Of a DNA stretch of 64,000 bases, positions 18,601 to 27,282 are shown one piece after another. Numbering within the stretch: position 1 is the first letter of the stretch; every line of letters starts with the position of its first letter. Source of the DNA: Candidatus Polarisedimenticolia bacterium (GTDB lineage: Bacteria > Acidobacteriota > Polarisedimenticolia > JACPZX01 > DASXTC01); assembly GCA_050747525.1 (NCBI GenBank), contig JBOGOC010000060.1, positions 69,558 through 133,557 of the forward strand, in the 5' to 3' direction. The notes under the pieces were generated by a model that worked only from the letters and a program-made list of their open reading frames with translations, had not been told where the DNA came from and made no database searches. Both the position numbers and the translations under genes were made by a program.

Positions 18601-21338
18601 GAAAGGGTGACCGTCGGGTTCTGTGGAATGCAGACGGGCTCCACTCCCACCTTCACGTTCACCGTGGCGCCGGAGTGCGAGGCCGAGTTGACGTTCATGA
18701 AGATGTCGTACACGCCGGGCTGGGCGTCATGGGGAACGCTCCCTCCGAACGGCTGCGGCCGGCTCTCGCCGGGAGGGATCGGGAGCGTGGGATGACAGGC
18801 GGGGATGCAATCGCTCACGGGGAAGAGCTCCCAGTCCTCGGGGCCCGAAACGAGCAGGGTGAAGGTGACGGGAGCGCACGTCGGAGAGTCGTTGTTCGCC
18901 ACGGTCCCCGTGAAGACGGCGAAATCGAACGGCGCCGCGATCATGGCCGTGGGCGAGGCGGTCACGGTGGGCTCCGCGTGGGTGCAGGGGCCCTTGACCG
19001 TCAGCTCGGCCGTGTCGGTGCCGATGTGGGGAACGGCGGGCGGCGTGAGCGGCCTCGATGTGCCGATGGCGTTCACGACGTGCGTGCTGTCGATCGGGGT
19101 CCCGGCCGGGATGAACTTCCTGAGCTGGACGAAGCCGGGAGGGCCGTTGCCGGCCAGGTTGAGGAACGAAGGATTGATGGTGCCGGACCACCCGGCGGGG
19201 AGGGTCGACGTGATGTCGAAACGGTGCACGCCGCAGCCCGCCGTGTCGGTGCTGCGCACCTCCACGGTGAAATTGGCCGGCTCGTTGATGGCGACGTTCT
19301 GAGCGGAGGGCTGCACGTTCACCAGGGGATCACCCAGGACGCAATTCGAGATCACGTCCACGGTCTCGGTCCCCAGGCCGGTGACCGTCGTCCAGGCGGC
19401 CGCCACCGTCACCGTGTACGTCCCCGCTTCCGTGGCCCGGGGGACCGACACGATGGCGGTGCTCGGCTCCGAAGCGCCGGGCGCGATGTCGAGCGTAGGT
19501 GGCTGGAAGGTCGCGGCCCAGCCGGGGGTCGCCGAGCTGAGCTGGTAGGACGCCGTGGGGCAGGAGGCCTCGTCCGGGTTGGTCACGGTGACCGTGAAGG
19601 TCACCGAAGTGCCGTTGTTCACCGTCTGGCCGGCCGGGGAGAGCTGCACGATCGGAGGACGGTGGCATGTGCGCTCGCCGAAGGTCGCGGTCACGTCCAG
19701 CGTCCCCGCGCCGTGGGCCGGGGTCAGCGACAGGCCGGTGTAGCGATCGAAGAACGTCGACCCCGTGGGGAGCGGCGCGTCATTGATGTCGAACGGGGTG
19801 TTTCTCGTGAAATCGATCATGTAGGTGAAGAAGTTCCCGAGGTCGTAATGGATCAGGGCGCCGTCGCAGTCCTGCGGCTCGTTGGAGCGGCAGTCGTAGT
19901 TGCTCTGGTTCGTGCGGGACTCGACCCACAGCCACTCGTTCTCGGTGCCGCGCTGCACCTTGAGCACCCGGGTCCCGGCGGTCGCCAGCTCGTACGGGGG
20001 CAGGGAATAGGTTCCGTCCGTGGTGACCGTGCGCACGTGGATCGCGGGATCGAGCCAGCCGAGCCGCAGCTTGTGGGGCGCGGCGTAATGACCGTAGAAG
20101 GGGCTCCCCATGGCGCTGAACGGATCGCCGTACTCGAGGATCTGCACGGGCTGGGTTCCGGGGAGTGAGAGGGGCTCGCTCCCGAAGTTGATCCAGTTGG
20201 CATGGTGCAGGCCCAGGTTGTGCCCTCCTTCGTGCGCCGACACGAAGACGCCGTACCGGCGCGGGTCGGGCTGATTCGCGATGTGGGTGCCCCAGAGGAA
20301 GGCTCCGGAGGCGGTGAACTGTCCGTCCCCGGAGGTGTGCGTGCTGCAACCCAGGTCGGCCACGCCGCCGAAGGTGCAGGTCGATTGGGGAAACACGATG
20401 AAGATGCGGGTGTACTGACGGAAGTCGACGTCCGCGTCCGCCGCGGCGATGGCCGCGGGCCGTATCGCGTTGTACCCGTCACATGTGAAGTTCTGGCCCA
20501 GCTGATAAGGGCCGAAGACGTCCCCCGAGGCGGATGCGAGCCCGTAGGAGGTCTCCTGCCAGTAGCCGTTCAGGGAGGTGCCGCCGTCGTTGCCGAAGAA
20601 GAAGTTGCGCACGTTCTCGACGCTGAGATAGGGCGGGAGGGTATGGTTCGGAAAGTTCACCAGGAGCACCACGGTGCGCTGGTCCCCCGTCACCGAGCAG
20701 CTCTGCGCCATGACGCCCGCCTGGACCTCGCTCGAAGATGCGGCGATCCGGTCGCCGGCGAGCACCCCTTCCACCTCGAGGAACATCCCGCACATCAGAG
20801 AGTCGGGCGGCGGCCCGGCGAAGTGCACCCTCACCTGCCGACCCCCCAGCTCCAGGGTGATCCGCGTCTCCGACGTCCCTTTGACGAAGTCATCGGCGAC
20901 CTGGACATCCACGGGCCCCTGGAACCGGCCGACCGTCTCCAGGTCGTCCTTGGCCCCGGGGACGTTCGATCCCACGCGCGCCACCGCTTCGGCGTCCAGC
21001 GACGTGGCGAGCGCCGCGGCGGGGTCTTCCTCGATCAGCGACACGAGCTCGACATGACGCTCTCTCAGCAGCTGTTCCGCTCGTCTCTCGATTTCAACGA
21101 CGGCGCCGGGGGGGCCCGCCTCGATCACGTCCTGAAGGCGCAGAACCTCCTCCGTGAGCGCGCTCACCCGTTCGGCGCGGGTCTTCGCGGGAATCGCCGC
21201 GCCGGCCCCATCTCCCCCTGCGGAGGTCCGGGCTTCGTCCGTCTCGACCATCCGTGACCGGGCGGCCATGACGAGGCCGCTCACGCAGCAGAAAACAACC
21301 ACCATCATCGTGAAGCGCGCTCGTGTGCGTCGGCTCAT
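15642..21338 (-). CDS. Giant secreted multidomain protein: metzincin zinc-metalloprotease domain + Ig/CARDB-like domains + 7 RCC1 repeats + beta-propeller repeats + C-terminal FN3-like domain
   Basis: Start ATG (complement 21336-21338) after GGAGGAGG SD; signal peptide MSRRTRARFTMMVVVFCCVSGLVMAA. HEGGHNLGLHH = HExxHxxGxxH metzincin motif. Seven GQLGDGT-type RCC1/ATS1 repeats. Repeated ...PRISY... beta-propeller blades. 1898 aa. Confidence 0.7.
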   Translation of the reverse strand: MSRRTRARFTMMVVVFCCVSGLVMAARSRMVETDEARTSAGGDGAGAAIPAKTRAERVSALTEEVLRLQDVIEAGPPGAVVEIERRAEQLLRERHVELVSLIEEDPAAALATSLDAEAVARVGSNVPGAKDDLETVGRFQGPVDVQVADDFVKGTSETRITLELGGRQVRVHFAGPPPDSLMCGMFLEVEGVLAGDRIAASSSEVQAGVMAQSCSVTGDQRTVVLLVNFPNHTLPPYLSVENVRNFFFGNDGGTSLNGYWQETSYGLASASGDVFGPYQLGQNFTCDGYNAIRPAAIAAADADVDFRQYTRIFIVFPQSTCTFGGVADLGCSTHTSGDGQFTASGAFLWGTHIANQPDPRRYGVFVSAHEGGHNLGLHHANWINFGSEPLSLPGTQPVQILEYGDPFSAMGSPFYGHYAAPHKLRLGWLDPAIHVRTVTTDGTYSLPPYELATAGTRVLKVQRGTENEWLWVESRTNQSNYDCRSNEPQDCDGALIHYDLGNFFTYMIDFTRNTPFDINDAPLPTGSTFFDRYTGLSLTPAHGAGTLDVTATFGERTCHRPPIVQLSPAGQTVNNGTSVTFTVTVTNPDEASCPTASYQLSSATPGWAATFQPPTLDIAPGASEPSTAIVSVPRATEAGTYTVTVAAAWTTVTGLGTETVDVISNCVLGDPLVNVQPSAQNVAINEPANFTVEVRSTDTAGCGVHRFDITSTLPAGWSGTINPSFLNLAGNGPPGFVQLRKFIPAGTPIDSTHVVNAIGTSRPLTPPAVPHIGTDTAELTVKGPCTHAEPTVTASPTAMIAAPFDFAVFTGTVANNDSPTCAPVTFTLLVSGPEDWELFPVSDCIPACHPTLPIPPGESRPQPFGGSVPHDAQPGVYDIFMNVNSASHSGATVNVKVGVEPVCIPQNPTVTLSPSTVQRNAGQPASFTATIANNDIGSTCGPVSFALSASVPAGWGSSLASPVTVAPGASAQVPFTATSPVTAASGPYDVSVTATSTFRSGSGSAVVNVTAPPTTLEAGYGHSLSSGANGVVWAWGINTTGQLGDGTLTNRNGPVRSGSLTGILEVGAGVFHSVALENDGTVWAWGDNAQGQLGDGTTTPRNVPGEVPGLSGIVALASGASHSLALKSDGTVWAWGDNDGGQLGDGGTTDRHAPFQVPGLSGVTALAAGFYHSVALKSDGTVWTWGRNAEGELGDGTHTDRPTPGPVPGLTGVTRVSCGAYFTMTVLADGTSKGWGHNFFGQLGDGTTVERTTPVSVTGLTGVSRIAAGSAFTLALRGDGSVWSFGQNVAGQLGDGTTTHRSTPQQIAGLSSIVEVAAGEDHSLARNAAGLIYGWGKNLYGQIGAGPWPQTTPIVVFDESQPVPLGLISPVGGESWQPGSARTVSWTGQGPISVSLSLDAGETYTTLVSSTSLQDVPITVPADATTVQGRLRIDRVGPPASFAQTGAYLKIQHDPWLVTTVDASPPVTGEFASIALDPWGRTGIAYVDRTNGDLKFALRTGATWSIETVDAVNSTGWYTSLAFGGDGSPRISYMDGTRTYLRYAFKTGSVWTREDVANTNCTLPTSLGFDTADRPFIAIQDCASTKVKVFAKSGGVWSQIRSLTGASPSLRMHGNLPRISYFLHTANPTQLRYLSASGTFGSFTWTDEAVPGSGGATTSSIAMDSQGNPRISFYEAGTRSLRMAKKIGGAWSVEVVDATGGDVGNWSSIALDSSSRPRISYLANGIVKLAEWTGTAWRLDAVDVSGPTPAATALAVDSGGNKRIAYFDTAGGDLRYAISQPDVTPPATPSLVLDAGRTTIVVAWTAPGDDGSTGTASTYDLRRSSSPIDESNFAQATIVPKGPPGPAGMMECADFQSMPSCTPHYFALRVLDDLGNPSGLATGQIVTLCSGFQEVLCF

Positions 21339-21451
21339 GATCCCCTCCTCCTGCTGGATCAGTCGGCCCCCGCGCAGAAATCTGACGCTGGATCGAGGTC
21401 TTTTCGGCGTAGACTGGCTCCACCACGTCTTCAGCGGCACGGGAGAGGAGA

Positions 21452-23920
21452 ATGGGTCGAGCGATCCGCTTGGGCAGCATCGGCATTCTCCTCGCGACGA
21501 TCCTCGGGCCGCTCCCCGTGGCGTCCCCGCCGTGGCCCGCGCCACCCGCAGCCGATCCCGTCCTCGACAGGCTCGTGCGCCAGGAGCGCTATGCCGAAGC
21601 GATGGAGCACGCCGTAGCCATCTTGCGCTTCCATGCGGAGCGATCGGGCCTCATGGCCGAGGACACCCTTGCCGGCCTGGAGCGCGTGGGGAGGACCGCA
21701 TGCGATGCGGGCGACCACGCGACCGCCGAGGCCCTGCTGCGGGCTGCGATCGCGGCGTGGCGCGAGGTGGCGGGCCCGGACGATCCGCGGTTGTCGACGT
21801 GCTGGCTGGCGCTTGCACGGGTGGCCCGACTGAAGAACCTGCGTGAAGCCGCCAGGCAGCACCATCTGGAGGCGCGCCGCCTTCTGCGCGGGGCCGGCCA
21901 CGCATGGGAGGCCATTCTCGCCGATCTGGAGCAGGCCGAGGGAAACTGGATCCGCAAAGAGGACATGAACGAGGCGCTGCGCGTGTACCGGAGATCGCTC
22001 GTCCGGCACCGGCGAGCAGCTCCGGGGATCTCGTTCGAGACCGCGGACAAGCTCACATGGATCGGATGGATGCTGGGCAGGATGGGCCGGTTCGAGGAAG
22101 CCGAGCCCTATCTCCTTCAGGCGCGGGACGAGCTTCGGGCGCTTGGGCTTGCCGGGCACAGCCTCAACGGCGTGATCGCCAACGCCTTCGGCGAGCGCCT
22201 CGCGCTGGCCGGCCGCTGGGATGAGGCCGCTCCGTTCTTCCGGGAGGTGGCCGCGATCTTCGCCGCCTCCCGCGACAGGCACCCGCCGGGATTCTCACGC
22301 CGCGTCCGCCCGCTGGATGGCTTCGAGGGGCTCACCTTCGTCTCGCTGCGGCAGGGCCGCGGCGAGGAGGCGTGGACGACCCTGCAACGGACGCGGGGCG
22401 CGATCCATCTGGACTTCGCGCGCCTCGGCCTCTGGCACGAGCGCGACGAGCAGGGGCACCGGGCTGCGCAGAGCCTTGCACGGGAGCTGCTCGAGCTGCG
22501 TCCCCTGATGGCCTCGCGGCCCGCCTCCGGCCCTCCGCTCTGGTCCCGGACCACTTGGAGGGACGTGCTGCGCTACCTCGAAGTGCAGGGGCGCCTGCGA
22601 TCCATGCAGATGCGGTACCTGGACGCGTTCCCGGTCCCCGAGGCCTCGCTGCCGCGCGTGCAGGCCATGCTCGGTCCGAAGAGCGCGCTGCTGGGCTTCC
22701 TGGAGCCGGAGCTGGGAAGCGACGCCGCGGACGACGTATCGGCGCCGCGCCGCGAGGGCTGGCTCTACGTGGTGCGCCGCACGGGCCCCATCGTCTGGGT
22801 GCCGCTCCCCAGGATGGACGGCGCCGACGCCATCAGGCTGCGCCAAGGCTGGAGCCGCACGAACCGCGCGGCTTTCTGGCCCCTGCACGTGGATCCGGAC
22901 CCCGAAGTGACGGCCGACCACCGGGCGCTCGGCCGCCGGTATCTCGACGCGGCTCTGCCGCAACTGGAGGGGATCGAGCATCTGATCGTCGAGGGGCCCG
23001 TCTTCCCCTTCGACGTCATGATCGGACCGGATGGACGGCCGGTCGCGGACATGTTCGACATCACCTACGTGCCGTCGGCCCACGTGGCATCGATGCTGAA
23101 CGAACGCCGGCGTGAGGCTCCCCGGCAGCCGCCGCGCTCGATCCTGGCCATCTCCGCGGCGGCGCCCGAGCACGGGATCGGCACGCCGGATCGCCTGGCG
23201 CTCGCCTCAGGAGAGGAGCGGGCTCTGCGGCGGGCCAGAAAGGCGTATGCGCGAAGCGAGACGCCGCTCGATCGGCTCCCGCCGCTTCCCTATGCGGCCC
23301 TGGAGGCGTCGCTGGTGGCGGGGAAGTTCCAGGACGCGCTCCTCCTTCAGGGTCCGCGGGACGTGGAAGGGAGACTGGGCGCCATCGCCCGGGCCGGGCG
23401 CCTCGGCCGGTTCGACGTCCTGCATTTCGCCGGCCACTCGCTGAGCGACGGCGCACCCGAGCTGGCCGGGCTCGCCGTGGCCCGGGAGGGCAACGCCGGA
23501 TCGCGCGCCGACGACGGGATCCTCGACGTGGAGGAGATTCTTCTCACCTGGGATCTGGACGCTCAGCTCCTGACCCTCAGCGGCTGCGAGACGGCGCGTG
23601 TCTCCGGGGCGCAGCGCGGCGAGATCCTCGGATTCACTCCGGCGTTGTTCGCGGTGGGAGCGCGCAACGTCCTGTCCAGCCTCTGGCCGGTGGACGATCG
23701 CGCCACGGCTCATCTCATGGATCGCTTCTACGACAATGTCATGGGGCGATACACGGACGAGAGGCTGGGCTCGAGAGGCGGTCCGATGCCCCTGGCCAGG
23801 GCTCTGCGCGAGGCCAGGATGTACCTGCGCTCCATGCGTGACGAGGCCGGGCGGCGCCCCTTCGAGCACCCCGTTTACTGGGCGGGCTTCGTCCTGATCG
23901 GACTGCCCGACGGGAGCTGA
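21452..23920 (+). CDS. Secreted TPR-repeat + CHAT-domain (caspase-like) protease
   Basis: 822 aa; signal peptide. N-terminal TPR-like helices. C-terminal ...RFDVLHFAGHSL...LLTLSGCETARVSG...NVLSSLWPVDDRATAHLMDRFY... matches CHAT domain with catalytic His/Cys dyad. Confidence 0.6.
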   Translation: MGRAIRLGSIGILLATILGPLPVASPPWPAPPAADPVLDRLVRQERYAEAMEHAVAILRFHAERSGLMAEDTLAGLERVGRTACDAGDHATAEALLRAAIAAWREVAGPDDPRLSTCWLALARVARLKNLREAARQHHLEARRLLRGAGHAWEAILADLEQAEGNWIRKEDMNEALRVYRRSLVRHRRAAPGISFETADKLTWIGWMLGRMGRFEEAEPYLLQARDELRALGLAGHSLNGVIANAFGERLALAGRWDEAAPFFREVAAIFAASRDRHPPGFSRRVRPLDGFEGLTFVSLRQGRGEEAWTTLQRTRGAIHLDFARLGLWHERDEQGHRAAQSLARELLELRPLMASRPASGPPLWSRTTWRDVLRYLEVQGRLRSMQMRYLDAFPVPEASLPRVQAMLGPKSALLGFLEPELGSDAADDVSAPRREGWLYVVRRTGPIVWVPLPRMDGADAIRLRQGWSRTNRAAFWPLHVDPDPEVTADHRALGRRYLDAALPQLEGIEHLIVEGPVFPFDVMIGPDGRPVADMFDITYVPSAHVASMLNERRREAPRQPPRSILAISAAAPEHGIGTPDRLALASGEERALRRARKAYARSETPLDRLPPLPYAALEASLVAGKFQDALLLQGPRDVEGRLGAIARAGRLGRFDVLHFAGHSLSDGAPELAGLAVAREGNAGSRADDGILDVEEILLTWDLDAQLLTLSGCETARVSGAQRGEILGFTPALFAVGARNVLSSLWPVDDRATAHLMDRFYDNVMGRYTDERLGSRGGPMPLARALREARMYLRSMRDEAGRRPFEHPVYWAGFVLIGLPDGS

Positions 23921-23942
23921 GGGCCGCGGCCGCCTTGCTAAG

Positions 23943-24698
23943 TCAGGGGGCGGCGGCCAGCTGCCCGGCCGCTCTGTCCGAGAGCTCGCCGGGGCGCGAG
24001 GCGAGGTCGGCCAGGATCGCGCGCGCGGCCGCGTCGTCTCCCGACTGGCGCAGCGCGGTCGCCAGGATCCATCGCGCGCGATCGCGCGCCGGCAGCGGCA
24101 AGGTCTCGACCTTCAGCTCCGCGAGGAGGGCCCGCGCCTGATCGGGCCGACGCTCCCACACCAGTGCGCTGGCCAGGATCAGCTTGAGCGGCTCGTGCTC
24201 GTTCAGGGCCGCGCTCCCCTGGAGCAGCTCGACCACCCGGCTCGTCTCGTGCCGCCGGTAGGCGTCGATGGCTTCCCTGACCGCGCGATTGGCTGCATCG
24301 GCGGATCCGGATCGCGCGACGATGCGCTCCTGCTCCACGGGGAGCCAGTAGTCGAGGCGGCGCTCGTTCCGCGGCCAGAACACCATCGCGGCCACGACCA
24401 GGATGCCGGCGGCGGCCGCGCCTGCCCAGGCGACGAGCCGGCTGCGCGCCGCGGGTGGCGGGTGGTGGCTCGCCCTCGCGGCCCGCCCGGTTGACGGCCG
24501 TTGGAGCGTGATGCCGGCCGGCCCGGCCAGACCCCGCAGCAGCTCCGATTCGCGGCAGAGCTCCTGGAATCGCTTCTCGCACGCGGGGCAGGCGAGCACA
24601 TGGTCCAGCGCGCGCCGCTGCTCGCCCGGCTCTGGAAGCTCGAGGACCAGATCGATGAGGCGATCGTCGGAGACATGTGTCTCGGCCGCGCTTCTCAT
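23943..24698 (-). CDS. Anti-sigma factor (zf-HC2 zinc-finger, single TM, periplasmic TPR-like domain)
   Basis: Start ATG (complement 24696-24698) overlaps sigma stop (ATGA). ...LACPACEKRFQELC... putative zinc-binding motif; TM LVAWAGAAAAGILVVAAMVFW. Confidence 0.55.
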   Translation of the reverse strand: MRSAAETHVSDDRLIDLVLELPEPGEQRRALDHVLACPACEKRFQELCRESELLRGLAGPAGITLQRPSTGRAARASHHPPPAARSRLVAWAGAAAAGILVVAAMVFWPRNERRLDYWLPVEQERIVARSGSADAANRAVREAIDAYRRHETSRVVELLQGSAALNEHEPLKLILASALVWERRPDQARALLAELKVETLPLPARDRARWILATALRQSGDDAAARAILADLASRPGELSDRAAGQLAAAP

Positions 24699-25444
24699 CC
24701 CGCCTCCTGCCGCTGGAGCGCGCTGCCGGTCCGCTCCCCTGCGAGCAGCTCCCAGAGAAGGGTGAAGGTGCCGGCAGGGATGACCCCCGGGTCGAAGCCT
24801 TTCCTTGCCATGCAGGCCCTCATGAGCTGTCGGCAGCGTCTGAGCATCGCGTCCACGCCCGCCGAAGTGCTGGAGACCTCGGGGTGGCGGGCGATGTCGG
24901 CTGAGGGCAGATCGTAGAAGACGCGCAGGAACCACGCGTGGCGCGCTCTCTGTGAAAGACACCGCGCGCAGTCCAGGATGGCCCGGGCATGCTCGGCCGG
25001 GCCCAGGTCGGGAGACTCGAGACCGGAGGGCTCGGGAGGATCCGAGCGAAAGCGGATCTCGCGCTCGAGAGCGCGGAGCCTGTCGATCACGCCGTGCCGC
25101 GCCACGCCGGCGAGGAAGGCGCACAGCTCGGCGGCCGTGGATGCGCCCGGGTCCCACTGGTGCGACGCCAGGCGACGGAGCAGCTCGAGACCCTTGTCCG
25201 CGGCGATGTCGCGGATGTCTTCGGGATCCAGCGCCCCGAACCGCCGCGCGGCCGACCGCGCGTATCGCTGGAGGGTGAGGTTGATGAGCATCCAGAGGTC
25301 GCCGAGGCGCCGCTCACCCTCCGCGCCATCCGGCGCGGCGCGCCATGAGGCGGCGAGCTCCACGATCCGCTCCGGCCACAGAATCTTCTCCGGCTGCGGG
25401 CCGGCCTCGCCCGAGATCCGGGGTAAAGTGCGCTGCTGGTGCAT
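24695..25444 (-). CDS. ECF-type RNA polymerase sigma-70 family factor
   Basis: Sigma70 region 2 (...DIRDIAADKGLELLRRLASHQWDP...) and region 4 HTH (...RVFYDLPSADIARHPEVSSTSAGVDAMLRRCRQ). Translationally coupled to downstream anti-sigma. Confidence 0.65.
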   Translation of the reverse strand: MHQQRTLPRISGEAGPQPEKILWPERIVELAASWRAAPDGAEGERRLGDLWMLINLTLQRYARSAARRFGALDPEDIRDIAADKGLELLRRLASHQWDPGASTAAELCAFLAGVARHGVIDRLRALEREIRFRSDPPEPSGLESPDLGPAEHARAILDCARCLSQRARHAWFLRVFYDLPSADIARHPEVSSTSAGVDAMLRRCRQLMRACMARKGFDPGVIPAGTFTLLWELLAGERTGSALQRQEAG

Positions 25445-25479
25445 GATTCGCCCAGAGTGCGCCTGTGGGCGGCTCTTTG

Positions 25480-25663
25480 TCCAGCAGAAATTATCGGGAG
25501 CTCAAGGCCTGGGAGTCTTCCCACGCGCTTCCTCTCGCTTAGCACCGAGAGAGCGGCCCTTCGGGAGAGTTGAATCCGCCGAGCTCTTCGTCCCACGCGC
25601 CTACGCCCAGGCCGCTGTCGCGACCAGGGCTCGGCTAGCCCCCGCTCGTGGGGCGGAAGGAAC
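25480..25663. repeat. Copy of a dispersed structured intergenic repeat family (shares cttagcaccgagagag..., ...ccacgcgcc, ...gctcgtggggcggaaggaact blocks with 29.85-30.23 kb locus)
   Basis: Direct sequence comparison of 25500-25660 with 29980-30215: three conserved blocks in the same order. Confidence 0.4.
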
Positions 25664-27145
25664 TCACTCGCACCCCTCGAATGTCTGCAAGGGCATCCCG
25701 CTGGGCGCTGACGAGGGCAGGTGCTGGCAGAACTCTACGACTCGCTCGTCGAACAGCCCGTCCCGCACGAAGGTGACCAGGTCGCGGAATTCCGCCGGCG
25801 ATAGATGGATCGGCTTGCGCAGCAACGGGTCGATCCCCGCCAGCAGGATGCCCCGGAACGGGCCAGCGAAGAGATCGGCCGGAAGCGCGGTGACTGCGGG
25901 GTTGTATCGGCGCAGGGATCTTTCCACGCTGAGGTGATGCTCGATGGCCTGCTCCAGAGTGCCGAAGGCCCCATTGTGGAAGAAGCCGGGCGCGACCTTG
26001 AGATTGCGCAGGGGCGCCGTCCGGAACATGTAGCGCAGGGCGAAATCCCCCTCGGTCTGCTGAAATCCGAAGTCCTCGTTCTCACCCGGGCCGTCGAAGA
26101 TGACGTTGCCGGTTCCGGCGCCGAAGACCGGCGCCACCTGCGGGCCTCCGATGCGGTGCGGCTGGAAGTCGCTGAACATCTCGTTGGATGGACCGGCCAC
26201 CGCATGGCAAGTGACGCATCTCGCCTTGCCGAAGAAAAGCAGTGCTCCGCGCTTCTGGGCCCTTGTCATCGCCCTATGGTCGCCGCGCGCGAACCTGTCC
26301 AGTGGCGCGTCCGCGGCGGTGAGGCTGGCCTGGAATTCAGCGATGGCCAGCCGGCGCATGTGTACGGTGATCGCGCCGGCCGCCAGCGGCAGGCCGCCAT
26401 TGAACACCTTGCCGAACTTCTCAAGATAAGCCGGGATCGCGTTCAGCCGTGCGTCCACCGCGTCCTGGATCGGAAGGTTGTGAAAGCCGGACGCGTCGGG
26501 GTCCGGAAGCGTCTGGCCGTGCCCGTCGTCGAACTCGAAGTGCCTTGGGCCGAACGGTCCGGGGTTCTCCGTTATGCCCGTGAATCCGGCCATTTCCACT
26601 AGCTCCGTGGAAGGTAGGGACCCCTGCGCCGCCAGCAGGGTCGGCACGCCGGTCACGATGCCTTCGGGCGGCGGGAACTTGAATCCCAGGGAAGCGTCGA
26701 AGGGATCGCCGGAGAGAGCAACGAAGCGCGGTGTCCACATGAGAGCGGGATAGAAGATAGTGTTGGCCACCATCGGGGATCGGCGCTGATTGCGGGGCCC
26801 GCGGCGGTTTGGCCCAACGACGTCGTTGTTATCCACACCGATGGCCATGCGCTGTGAGTCCCCGAACCCGAACGCCGGCGAGTGACATCCCGCGCAGGAG
26901 TTGTCGTCATGTAGGCCGAGGACCTTGTCGAAGAAGAGCAGGCGGCCAAGATCGGCCAGATCGGGATCGAGGGGTCTGCCCAGCCGGGCTTCGAGAGTCG
27001 ATTCGATCCGGCCCGTGAATTGCGAGCGGGTCAGCGCGCGAGCCAGTCGGACGTCGACGCCGTCCTCCTGGAAGACACTGGGAGCAGTCTGAGCGGCCGC
27101 CGGCAGGAGCGCCATCAGACACGACAACCAGATGAGACGGGACAT
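25664..27145 (-). CDS. Di-haem cytochrome c peroxidase family protein (CCP/MauG/MbnH-like)
   Basis: Signal peptide MSRLIWLSCLMALLPAAAQ; two CxxCH haem sites (CAGCH, CVTCH); FRTAPLRNL...GFFHNGAFGTLEQAIEHH CCP signature. Confidence 0.8.
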   Translation of the reverse strand: MSRLIWLSCLMALLPAAAQTAPSVFQEDGVDVRLARALTRSQFTGRIESTLEARLGRPLDPDLADLGRLLFFDKVLGLHDDNSCAGCHSPAFGFGDSQRMAIGVDNNDVVGPNRRGPRNQRRSPMVANTIFYPALMWTPRFVALSGDPFDASLGFKFPPPEGIVTGVPTLLAAQGSLPSTELVEMAGFTGITENPGPFGPRHFEFDDGHGQTLPDPDASGFHNLPIQDAVDARLNAIPAYLEKFGKVFNGGLPLAAGAITVHMRRLAIAEFQASLTAADAPLDRFARGDHRAMTRAQKRGALLFFGKARCVTCHAVAGPSNEMFSDFQPHRIGGPQVAPVFGAGTGNVIFDGPGENEDFGFQQTEGDFALRYMFRTAPLRNLKVAPGFFHNGAFGTLEQAIEHHLSVERSLRRYNPAVTALPADLFAGPFRGILLAGIDPLLRKPIHLSPAEFRDLVTFVRDGLFDERVVEFCQHLPSSAPSGMPLQTFEGCE

Positions 27146-27282
27146 GCCGCACCTCTTTCTGAGAAACTTCTGAGCGGAGCCAGGTACCAGCCATCGGGGA
27201 CCGGCAGACTTCTGACTTCGCGGCGCTTCCCGGACCCAAATGGTTGCGCCAATCATCGGGAAGCGCCGCAAAACACTCCTAT

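Noticed and set aside
16980-20168. Several 450-500-aa plus-strand ORFs (16980..18341, 18675..20168, 20202..21257)
   Set aside because: All antisense to the giant metzincin/RCC1 gene; Arg/Gly/Asp-rich, no motifs.
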